From: Mobula hypostoma
Taxonomy: Eukaryota
DNA: 64,000 bases
Direction: 5' to 3'
Assembly: GCF_963921235.1 (NCBI RefSeq)
Contig: NC_086107.1
Location: 95,854,001-95,918,000 of the forward strand
Below are positions 52,447 to 62,844 of the stretch, in pieces (positions within the stretch are counted from its first letter, which is position 1; the number at the start of each line of letters is the position of its first letter). Made by a program: the position numbers and the translations under genes. The notes under the pieces are model-generated. The model worked only from the letters and a program-made list of their open reading frames with translations, did not search any database and was not told the origin of the DNA.

Positions 52447-53559
52447 TAACTGACCACTGTTGAACTAGATACCTCTTAAATGCACTGAGACTCTCTGCTT
52501 CCTCAGGCTCTCAGGTTCCTGATCCCAGCCTCTCTTTTAGTAAATATGTTCCTCCTTAGACTTCTCCTCCAAATCTCTCCCCCTCACCCAAGGAAAACAA
52601 GACCAGCCACTCCAGTTTCGCAAAACTACATGCTTCATCCGCCCATAGCAGGCTTGAGACTTTCTCCAGTGCAGTCCTTCCTGTGGTATAACAGACAGAA
52701 TGTCACACAGCATGAACACACATACTGTGGCCTAACCAATCTTTAACAAAGTTTTCCATAAACTTCCAGCTTTTATATTTTAACTCCAGCAGATTGAGTG
52801 AAACATTTCACATACTTTATCCACCTGCACCCCCCACCTTCAGGGATCTTTAGACTTGTATCCCAAGCTCCCTCTGTTCCTTGATACTTCTGAGAGTCCT
52901 GCAGTTCACCGTGTATGTCCTGCACTTATTGGTCCTCCCTTGTACTTATCAGGATTAAATTCCATCTGTTCTGTTCTGCTCATTTTAACAACTGATCAAT
53001 ATTTTCCTGTAAACTGAGCCTCTCGTCTTCACAATCAACTACAACAACCAATCTTCATGAAATCTGTAAACTTGCAAATCATTTCTCTTACATTCATATC
53101 TGCATTATTAATGTAAATGGCAAACAGTGATAGTACCGACACCAGTCTGTGAGCAATTTTGAGCTGCAGTAAAGATTTGTTGACTCTCGAGAAGGTCCAG
53201 AGAAAAGTGCACAAGAAAAGTGCCAGGAAGGAGAGGATGACATTAGTCAGCTCCTGTCTTCTGGTGTCTCGCACATGGCTAGGGGAGATCAAATAAATCT
53301 CCAGCCAAGTTGCCAGAGATCTCTTCCCTCCCACGCACCTGAGGGTGCACTTGGTCAGGTCTCTGGGATTTATCCGCCTTTATACACCTTAAGACATCCA
53401 GCACTTCTTCTTTCTTAATGTCATCAACACAAAAGGTTCTGCAGGTGCTGGAAAGTCGAAGTAACACACACAGAATGATGGAGGAACTCAGCAGGTCAGG
53501 CAGCATCTGTGGAAAGGAATAAACAGTTGACCTTTTGGACTGAGACCCTTCAATTCTTT

Positions 53560-54484
53560 CTGCATTCCGCAGGGATCGCTCCCTACGCGACATCTTTCCC
53601 TCCCCCCCCCCCGCATTCCGCAGGGATCGCTCCCTATGTGACTCCCTTGTCCATTCGTCCCCCCCATCCCTCCCCACTGATCTCCCTCCTGGCACTTATC
53701 CGTGTAAGCGGAACAAGTGCTACACATGCCCTTACACTTCCTCCCTTACCACCATTCAGGGCCCCAAACAGTCCTTCCAGGTGAGGCAACACTTCACCTG
53801 TGAGTCGGCTGGGGTGATATACTGCGTCCGGTGCTCCCGATGTGGCCTTTTATATATTGGCGAGACCCGACACAGACTGGGAGACCGCTTTGCTGAACAC
53901 CTACTCTCTGTCCGCCAGAGAAAGCAGGATCTCCCGGTGGCCACACATTTTAATTCCACATCTGATTCCCATTCTGACATGTCTATCCATGGCCTCCTCT
54001 ACTGTAAAGATGAAGCCACACTCAGGTTGGAGGAACAACACCTTATATTCCATCTGGGTAGCCTCCAACCTGATGGCATGAACATCGACTTCTCTAACTT
54101 CCGCTAATGCCCCACCTCCCCCTCGTACCCCATCTGTTACTTATTTTTATACACACATTCTTTCTCTCACTCTCCTTTTTCTCCCTCTGTCCCTTACCCA
54201 TCCTCTGGGTCCCCCCCCCCTTGTCTTTCTTCCTGGACCTCCTGTCCCATGATCCTCTCGTATCCCTTTTGCCTATCACCTGTCCAGCTCTCGGCTCCAT
54301 CCCTCCCCCTCCTGTCTTCTCCTATCATTTTGGATCTCCCCCTCCCCCTCCAACTTTCAAATCTCTTACTAGCTCTTCCTTTAGTTAGTCCTGACGAAGG
54401 GTCTCGGCCTGAAACATCGACTGCACCTCTTCCTAGAGATGCTGCCTGGCCTGCTGCGTTCACCAACAACTTTTATGTGTGTCT
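53560..54484 (+). mobile_element. Penelope-like element 3' part: GIY-YIG endonuclease plus pLTR
   Basis: VIYCVRCSRCGLLYIGET..RL.DRF.EH...EEQHLI..LGSLQPDGMN; 12-bp TSD CTTCAATTCTTT (53548-53559 and 54485-54496); an older inverted pLTR lies at 53430-53550. Confidence 0.92.
54387..54422 (+). ncRNA. Minimal type I hammerhead ribozyme motif in the Penelope pLTR
   Basis: AGTC-CTGACGA-AGGGTCTCGGCCT-GAAA-C-ATC-GACT: stem I AGTC/GACT, conserved CUGANGA and GAAA boxes, NUH triplet AUC. Confidence 0.7.
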
Positions 54485-55298
54485 CTTCAATTCTTTATTC
54501 CTTTCATAACGTCTAAATGTTTCACGATATTACTGTCTCTCCCCTGGACTCACTGACCTCCCTGACCTCCAAGGTAAATATAGAAAGCTATTCACTCATG
54601 ACCTGACCCATCTTCTGTAGCTCCACACTGATCATTAAGGAACCTATTCTCTCCCGAGTTACCCCGTTTGCTCATAATATAATTATAGATCTTTCAGGGT
54701 TCTCCTGTACCTGGTGATAAGTGTTGAACCAGAGTCACCAGACCCACTGCACAGTCAGTCGTCCAACTTCTCTGAGAGCCTTCTGAATGTCTTCTCCAGC
54801 TTTCTTTCCTCCCCTTCCGCTACGAGTTCCATGAGCAGGTCCGGAAGGGAAGCTTGGGAAGCAATTCATCGGTGTGGTTAGTAACTCACTTCCCTCTCAG
54901 GGCTCTTGCACTTCCCCACTCTGTTTGTAGGAGACGACGTGCTGCAGCTGTTGTGTTCTGGAGCACGGCTGATGCGTTGCTGTGACGCACTCCCATCTGG
55001 AATAACCGGAGGAATTTCTTCGCCGAGTGCTTGGAGTTCGGAGAGTGCTGAAGGCAGAGACACTCGCCACATTTAACAAGGCTTCTCGACATGCAGCTGA
55101 ATCACCAAGGTGCAGAAGGCCAGTGACAACATGCTTTTCAGTGGGATTAGAACAGATGGGTACCCAATGATCATCACGGCCATGATGGGCCTTTCCTGTA
55201 CTACATGACTCAATAATGGAATTTTTGATGTATAAAGCTAATTGATATAATTGCCTATATCTAAAATAGTGACCAATTATCATTGTACTTTGTTTCAG

Positions 55299-55988
55299 AT
55301 TTACCACGTCTCAGACTTATCACCGTTCCCTGTGACCCCAGTCTTGTCTGTCCACACCACTTCTCACTACCGTAACACTGAAGATGAACAATATACTGAG
55401 GAAGGGGAGGCTGAGAAAGATCGTTCAAGTATCAAGCGGCAGTCCATCATGGACTTCCTCCCTGATCTGAATAGAAGTATCATGGAATCCATTGCGGCAT
55501 CAGCCAATCCCAGCATCAGTAGTTCTAGAAGGTCCAGCAAGCCTATCGATGACAACACCTTTGCCCATCCCACCATGCCCACTGAAGCCACCAGCCCAAG
55601 CAATTTTACAGATCCCAGCAGCTGGAGTAATCCCAATCCCACAAATCCTAATCCTACTAATCCCACCAAACTTGCTGATCCCAGCAGCCCAAGTAATCCC
55701 ACCAACCCTGCCGATCCCACCAATCCAAGCAGCTCAAGTAAACCCACCAATCCCAGCAGCTTGAGTACCACCAATCCCAGCAGCTCAAGCAACTCCACCA
55801 ATCCCAGCAGCTCAAGCAACTCCACCAATCCCAGTGGCTCAAGCAGCTCCACCAATCCCAGCAGCTCAAGTAATCCCACCAATCCCAGCAAACCCACCAA
55901 TCTCAGTAGCTCAAGTAATCCCACCAATCCCAGCAAACCCACCAATCCCAGTAGCTCAAGCAAGTCAACCAAGCCTGGTGGAATCTGA
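55299..55988 (+). CDS. GYS1: Glycogen synthase terminal coding exon (human exon 16 equivalent) with divergent regulatory tail and repeat extension
   Basis: ctttgtttcAG acceptor in phase 0; 229 codons to TGA; EDEQYTEEGEAEKDR matches the GYS1/GYS2 motif E-RYDE(D/E)EEA(A/E)(K/R)DR; PVTPVLSVHTTSH aligns to PPSPSLSRHSSPH. Confidence 0.85.
   Translation: MYHVSDLSPFPVTPVLSVHTTSHYRNTEDEQYTEEGEAEKDRSSIKRQSIMDFLPDLNRSIMESIAASANPSISSSRRSSKPIDDNTFAHPTMPTEATSPSNFTDPSSWSNPNPTNPNPTNPTKLADPSSPSNPTNPADPTNPSSSSKPTNPSSLSTTNPSSSSNSTNPSSSSNSTNPSGSSSSTNPSSSSNPTNPSKPTNLSSSSNPTNPSKPTNPSSSSKSTKPGGI
55590..55975 (+). repeat. Coding tandem repeat (27-, 18- and 9-nt units: TNPSSSSN(S/P), TNPSKP, NPT)
   Basis: Repeated ACCAATCCCAGCAGCTCAAG core; the reading frame stays open through the array. 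Confidence 0.9.
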
Positions 55989-56125
55989 TGATCCTCGTAT
56001 GCCAAGTAAATCCAAAGAAACCAAGGAAGGTTCACATCAGCACATTGTGACTGCTCTCTTCCTTTAACCTGACAGAGTGTAACTGAAGTCCATCCAAATG
56101 GAACGAGAAGCAAAGTACAATTTTC

Positions 56126-56131
56126 AATAAA
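56126..56131 (+). terminator. Candidate polyadenylation signal of the glycogen synthase gene
   Basis: First AATAAA after the stop codon (~140 nt), followed by GT-containing sequence. Confidence 0.5.
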
Positions 56132-56692
56132 CTGTGGTGCTGACCGTTGCAACATTCCCTTGGCAATTGACCATCCTTAATCAGACTAATCAGAGGCAAT
56201 ACAATTTTGGTTCAGTTGATGTTGCATGAGTTCCAGCATTGGCCACCTTGTTACTGTTGGCATGGGAGGAGTGACTGCTGATGTCGCTGGGGTTTGGCGA
56301 TATTCAACTCTCCATCAGTGTGACAGTTCTAGTTTGGCTGAGGCTAATTTCTCGACAGTTACTGTGAACCCACAACCCCGGCTCCGATGAAATGAGCTCG
56401 GGGAATCTTTGTACACTCCTGGTCTAATGGTCACCCATACTACCCCTACCTACACACTGGTCATGTAGCTCTCAGCTTGCTAGGTGCACTGTAGAACTCC
56501 AGCTGCTGCTTGGGTTCTGCACACTGGGACTCCAGCGATTCTGACTGACAACACTTTCTGGATGTGTGGTCTCCCAGGAGGTAAGCTGCACCCCAGAGCT
56601 TCACATGACACAACAACTGAGACCATGGTGTTTCGCCGTACCCCTATTTCCCAGGGGATAATCACTTTCAAATCAACACTTCCTTTACGTTG

Positions 56693-56883
56693 AACAAGAG
56701 AAAGTCTGCAGATGCTGGAAATCCGAGCAACACACACAAAATGCTGGAGGAACTCAGCAGGCCAGGCAGCATCTATGAAAAAGAGTAAACAGGACTCACT
56801 TGATGAAGGGTCTCTGCCCAAAACACTCTTCCGTAGATGCTGCCTGGCCTGCTGAGTTCCTCTAGCATTTTGTGTGTGTTGCC
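56693..56883. mobile_element. Penelope pLTR fold-back insertion (second subfamily)
   Basis: 49-bp inverted arms at 56727-56775 and 56834-56882; degenerate TTGATGAAGGGTCTC core in the loop. Confidence 0.8.
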
Positions 56884-57199
56884 TCCTTTATGCCAGGTAG
56901 TTACAATTAATACCATTTCAATAGTTGCTGCATTCTTCTTTATTTAATGCTATTTAGTTATAGTTATTAGCTGTTCTTATTTCCCAGAGGTACATAGCTA
57001 ATTAATAAGCCAGGGGTGGGAAGTTGCTGTGGGTAGCTGGAGTCGATTAACGTCAATTCGTGATCCTGTTGAACGGTAGAACAGTCGACAGTCTATTCCT
57101 GCCCCAAGTCCACAAGCTTCTGTGTACCAGCTGCCACTGCTGTGAGCTGGGGACTTGGCAGTAACTCTTCGCCCCCAGTCAGGAATGCTGCCGGCTTCT

Positions 57200-57725
57200 G
57201 GACTGAGCAATGAGCCCATCGTTGCTGAGGTACGTCACCTCTTTGCTGACTGAGGGTGCGGAGAAAGATGAAAGAGTCTGTGGCGCCATTTCACCCCCAG
57301 CAGCTGCATGACAGAAGACTCCCTGATCTACGGGCTGTTCCCGGGGATGCACACAGAGGCAAACATCAAAAATTTTGGGCCGACCAAAGAGCATCTGATG
57401 GTCTACCAGCACTTGGAGATGTCCGTGGGAGAATGCTGCCGACTGGCACATTCTCGGCTGCAGGAGTACGTGCTGAGGGACGCACTGAAACCACAATGTC
57501 GGGTTCTTCTACTGGAGAGGGACGGGCTGTGGGGGGGAGAAAGCTCCTCAATTATCGTAGTAGATAGAACACCACCCTAGGGTGCTACATGAGTGGCAGC
57601 AGAACTATTAATATGTATGAATGTAACCGAACAGTATGACCATGTGTGAAAAGAATGAAAAGGCAGTGAACTGTTTATTCTTGTAAGCTTTTTTATTATG
57701 AATAAAATTTATTTTGTTTTTAAAA
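57200..57725 (+). mobile_element. L1/Tx1-like LINE 3' fragment
   Basis: DSLIYGLFPG.HTE.NI...CCRLAHSRLQEYVLRDALK; AATAAA with an A/T-rich tail. Confidence 0.6.
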
Positions 57726-58049
57726 CTGAGCCCATCATTTCATATCGTCGTCATCTACAGGTTTATTTTTCAGATGTTCTGCATCTACAGAATTTCCCTA
57801 CTGAGAAACATACAGTGTGTGTGTGGATTACACAGGGTAAATACAGAGATCTCAGAAAAGAGGGCACTGTGGGGGGAAATGGATGCACCCACTTGAGACT
57901 GAGATGAGGAAGGATTTCGTTTCTTCAGTGCTGGTTGTGTGTTTTCAGAATTCCTTGCCACAGTCCTTGATCACATTTAAGGCTCAGGTAGCGAGATATC
58001 TGACCAGTGGGGAAATTGAGGGTTATTATGAAAGAGTATACAACGAACA

Positions 58050-59070
58050 TGGATTCCAACATCGTTCCTACAATTCTGATTGAAAAGCTCCAGAACCTGG
58101 GCCTCTGTACCTCCCTCTGCAACGGGATCCACGCCTTCCTAACTAGAAGTTCACAATCTGTGCAGGTTGGAAGTAACATCTCTGTGCTGACAATCAACAC
58201 TGGCACACCTCAGGGGTGTGTGCTTAGCCCGCTGCTCTACTCTCTCTACACCCGTAACTGTGCGGCTAGGCACAGCCCAAATGCCATCTATAAATTTGCT
58301 GACGATACAACCATCGTTGGCAGAATCTCAGATGGTGACAAGAGGGCATACAGGAGCGAGACATATCAACTAGTCGAGTGGTATCTCAGCAACAAGCTTG
58401 CACTCAACATCAGTAAGACCAAAGAACTGGCTGTGGATTTCAGAAAGGGTCAGACGAGGGAACACACACAACTATCATCACAGAGGGATCAGAAGTGGAG
58501 AAAGGGAGCAATTTCAAGTTCCTGGATGTCAGTATCTCTGAGGACCTAACCTGGACCCAACATGTTGATGCAGCTATGAAAAAGGCAAGACAGTGGCTAC
58601 GTTTCATTAGGAGTTTGAGGAGATTTGGTATGTTACCAAAAACCACTTGCAAATTTCTACTGGTGTACTGTCGAAAGCATTTTAACTGGCTGCATTATGG
58701 GGAAGGGGGGCTACTGCACAGGATTGAAGTAAACTGCAGAGAGTTGTAAAGTTATCCAGCCCTGTCATGGACACTAGCCTGCAGAGTATCCAGGTCATCT
58801 TCAGGGAGGTGACGTCCATCATTAAGGACCCCCACTCAACGATTCAGGGAGTTTCTTCCCCTCTGCCATCTGATTTCTGATTAGACATTGAACCCGTGAA
58901 CACTACCTCACTATTTTTTTATTTCCTAATTATTGCACTACTTATTGAACTATTTAATAAATATACTTACTGTAATTCACAGTTTTCCCTTTTCTCTCTA
59001 TTATCATGTATTGCATTGCACCGTTAACAAATTTCACGATGTATGCTGGTGATAGTAGATCTGATTCTGG
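58050..59070 (+). mobile_element. Rex1/Babar-like LINE RT and 3' end
   Basis: [39 protein letters not shown]. Confidence 0.88.
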
Positions 59071-59569
59071 TTGGGTGGATCAGCCATGACCCTTTTGTGT
59101 GGTGGAACAGGTTTGAGGGGCTGGGTGGTGTCCTGCTCCCCTTCCTTGAGCTCTTCTAGCAGTTTCCCAGTGCTGGTGCCCAGTGAATGCGAGCTGGCAT
59201 CTTCGATCCACAGTTACCAAGCACAGGAATGTGAATACGTCAGCAAGAGACAGAAATCTGTGGGAATCAGAGAAACCAGCTCATGGATATCTCTGTTCCT
59301 CCAGTCAACTTACAAAAATAAACTGGCATCAGTTGGAATAACTTGGTTTGCATTCTGCCAACAAGCAGCTGTCACCATCAACAAGCCATTCCCTTTAACC
59401 ACAGCATTTCTCTGCTCTGAAACGGAAATGTCAGAGTGACAGTATCTCTGGGCATTGTCTCACGGCAGCTTCTTCGCAGAGGAATACCTCCCTCAGGGAG
59501 TGTGGCAGGTTGCAGATCTGCTGAATGCCGGTTGGCCTAGGGTTTATTATCTTCCTTCGTTCTTATTAA

Positions 59570-60175
59570 AGTCAAGTCAAGTTATTTAACTATATACATG
59601 TATATAACATATATAACCTTATAATGTATATAGAAACAAGACAACATTTCTCCAAACCAGGATGTAAAGCACAGTAACACACAATAACTTATGAAGGTAC
59701 GGATAAAATCTACAGATGACTCACACATAAATAGCAAACTAAAGTGCATTACTATTAAATATTGTAAGGTATGGAACAGGTTAACCAGTGACACCTCGAA
59801 TACGATGTGGCAGGGAATTCAGAAGCCTAACGGCCTGAGGGAAGAAACTGTTTCTCATCCTGACCGTTCTCGTTTTTATGCATCGGAGTCTCCTGCCTGG
59901 CTGGATGGATGGGTGGGATCAAGGGCCTGAGTACACAGCGCTCCTGATAAATGTTCCTGATGGATCGTAGGGAGACCCCTATGATCTTCTCAGCTGTTCT
60001 CACAGTCCTGTGTAGGGATTTCTTGTCCCATGCTCTACTGCTCCCATTCCAGATGGAGCTGCAACTCAATGGTGCTCCTGTAAAATGCAGTCAAAATGGA
60101 GGGTGGGGGAAGCCCTATTTGCCTCAATCTTCTTAGGAAGTGGAGGCACTGCTGTGCCTTCTTGTTCAGGGCGTG
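59570..60175 (-). mobile_element. Rex1/Babar-like LINE 3' fragment
   Basis: KKAQQCLHFLRRL, FYRSTIE, RTVRTAEKIIG; TCAAG repeat tail. Confidence 0.75.
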
Positions 60176-60369
60176 ATAAGGTTCAAAGGTTTGTTTTATT
60201 ATCAAAGTAAGTATGCAGAATACAACTCTGAGATTGGTTTTATTAAAATGTAGTGAACTATTCATTCTGGGTCTATGTCTCTCTTTCCGTACTGGGCCAT
60301 CACTGAACTGCCAGTGGTTCAGAAGTCACAATAATTAAACAGCGTTTAAAGGTAGAACAGTAACTTCTG

Positions 60370-60735
60370 AGGAGTGGTAGACAGAATTATGAGGGGTGTA
60401 GGTGGGGGAAATGCAAGCAGGCTTTTCCCACTGAGGTCGGGTGGGACTACAACCAGAGGACATGGGTTAAGGGTGAAAGGTGAAAAGTTTAAGGGGAGCT
60501 CGGGGGTGGGTGGGGGGAGCTTCTTCACTCAGAGGGCCGTGAGAGTGTGGGATGAGCTGGCAGCACAAGTGGTGCATGCCAGCTTTATTTCAATGTTCAA
60601 GGGGCATGGGTGGTAGGGGTATGGAGGGCCGTATGGTCCCGGTGCATGCTGATGGGACTCGGCAGTTTGAATGGTTCAGCACTGGCTAGATGAGCCGAAT
60701 GACCTGTTTCTGTGCTGTATTTTTTCATGACTCTA
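60370..60735 (+). mobile_element. CR1 3' fragment
   Basis: TRGHGLRVKGEKFKG..FFTQRAVRVWDEL; similar to 6290-6630. Confidence 0.8.
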
Positions 60736-60937
60736 AGCCAACGCTTCTACATTAAAACAATGATAATTATTATAAATTCCCTCTCTGTGAAGAAAGTTGT
60801 GGCGGCCACCAGGAGCAAGTGGTAAATATCCATGTATTTCCACAGAGAATTCTCAGAACAGAGAACTGAACCTGTATTTTTTTTCTCTCTCTCAGATTTG
60901 CATTGGTATCATGATTAATTAATTGTCCAGCCCTGAT

Positions 60938-61475
60938 TAGATTAGATTAGATTATGTGAACACTCAGTCCCCTTTATTGTCATTTAGAAATGCATACATG
61001 CATTATGAAATGATATCTGGAGTGATATCACAGAAAACAGGACAAACCAAAGACTAACACTGACAGAAACACATAATTATAACATATAGTTACAGCAGTG
61101 CAAAGCAATAGCATAATTTGATGAAGAACAAACCATGGGCATGGTAGATAAAGTCTCAGAAGTCCCGAGTCGATCGACTCCCGAGTCCCCGATAGCAGGC
61201 GGCAAAAAGGAGAGACTCCCTGCCATAAACCTCCAGGCACCGTCAACTTGCCGATGCCTTGGAAGCAGCCAACCACAGCCAACACTGAGTCCTTCCATCC
61301 GAAAACTTCGAGCTTCCTACCAGCCCCTCCGATACAGCCTCCTGAGCGCCATCCTCTGCCGAGGGCCTTCGACCTCTCCCCAGCCGCTGAAACACGCAAA
61401 GCCGAGGATTCGGGGCCTTCTGCTCCGGAGATTCCGGTTACCACACAGTAGCAGCGGCAGCGAAGTGGGCATTTC
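60938..61475 (-). mobile_element. Second copy of the 4776-5432 non-coding retroposon
   Basis: Reverse-complement similarity; (GATTA)n on the + strand is its tail. Confidence 0.8.
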
Positions 61476-61619
61476 AGATGAGGGGTCTCGGCTGGAAACA
61501 TCAATTGTTTAGTTCCCTCCACAGATGCTGCCTGACCTGCTGAGTTCCTCTAACATTTTGTACTTGTTCCAGCATCAGCAGAATCTCTCGTGTTTTTGTC
61601 ATTGTGTTAATCTCTACAA

Positions 61620-62095
61620 AGGGACAGTGGAGAGCGATCAAATGTTTGCATCACCGTCTGGTATGGGGGGGGGCACTACAGGTGATTGAAAAAGCTGTAG
61701 AAAGTTTAAACTCTGCCAGCTCCATCATGGGCATCCAGGACACCTTCAAAAGGCGATGCCACAGAAAGGCAGTGTCCATTATTAAGGACCTCCATCACCC
61801 AGGATGTGCCCCCTTCTCATTGCTACCCTCAATAAGGAGGTTCAGGAGCCTGAAGACACACACCCAATGATTCAGGAACAGCTTCCTCCCCTCTGCCTTC
61901 AGATTTCTGAATGGGCATTGAACCCACCAACATTTCCTCAGTATTTTCCCTCTCTTTTTGCACGACCTATTTAATCTGTTTTATATATAATCTTATCGTA
62001 ATGTATAGTTTTTATTACCATGGATTGTCGTGTATTGCTACCGCAATGCAATAAATTTCACGACATATGCCGGTGATATTAAACCTGCTTCTGAT
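61620..62095 (+). mobile_element. Rex1/Babar-like LINE 3' fragment
   Basis: KAVSIIKDLHHPG..FSLLPS.RRFRSLKTHT. Confidence 0.75.
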
Positions 62096-62329
62096 TATTT
62101 TATTGTTTATTTTACAGACGTTAAAGTTATGTATAATGTATGTATAACTTAACAGAAGTTAAATTATTGGTTGATATCCGGATCTGACGATGACCACCAC
62201 GATTCTAGCTGGGCGGACGAGACGGTGTGAATATGTATACAGAGGGGAAGTCTGAAACATGCCACGGCAGAAACTGTTCAGCCTGTGGTGCTGTGGAGAC
62301 CGAATCAAGCTGGAGACACTTCATCCGAG

Positions 62330-62830
62330 TTAGCAATATCTGTGCCGGACCGGACATGAATTATTGTACAATTCTGTAGTTGGGCGTGTTGGGGTAACCG
62401 GTGCATCGCCGCATTAATTACAGTACAGACTTTCACCCAAGCCGATCGTTTCCTCCGCAGCCGCGGATGCCGGTACAGTACCAGAGCTGCCGGCAGAGGG
62501 CAGCCGTGGGCGGCGGCCGGGTCCCACCTGGGCAGGTGACACTCACACCTTCCTGAGGAAACGAAACTGAGCGACAGAGAGAGCGAGAGCAGGGGCGGGA
62601 TCGCCCGAGGTCCGAGTCCAGTACAGCCGGCGCCTCCCCAGCCTGCGGACTGAGTGCCGGAGCTTTCAATCGGACCGGGCCGAGTTTTCCAGGATACGGC
62701 GAAGAACCCGAGGGAGGGGAGAGCACAAGGCAGGTAGGTGATGGAGGGAATTCCACTGTGGGAGCTTAGCATGGAGCAACGGGAAGCGTGGTCGCCTGTA
62801 TCGATCCCGGTTTAGAATTCTGAGTCTCAC
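62330..62830. promoter_or_regulatory. CpG-island-like putative promoter or first exon of a downstream gene
   Basis: Abrupt CpG/GC enrichment in non-repeat sequence; GC box GGGGCGGG at ~62592; + strand donor CAG|GTAGGT at 62733/62734. Confidence 0.55.
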
Positions 62831-62844
62831 GCTCTGAATGATAT

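Noticed and set aside
54798..54840. Possible alternative exon (ctccAG...cagGT) in intron 15
   Set aside because: Weak donor (GTCCGG) and no similarity to the glycogen synthase tail.
20353..55988. Calling the gene GYS2 or a pseudogene
   Set aside because: Diagnostic residues favour GYS1, and all visible exons are in frame with canonical splice sites and intact catalytic residues.
55367..56155. 262-aa Leu/Gly/Val-rich ORF on the minus strand
   Set aside because: Antisense shadow of the Ser/Thr/Asn/Pro coding repeat in the glycogen synthase last exon.
56265..56405. Two small hairpins downstream of the poly(A) signal as a possible miRNA or snoRNA
   Set aside because: The stems are short and imperfect, with no recognisable box motifs or known mature sequence.
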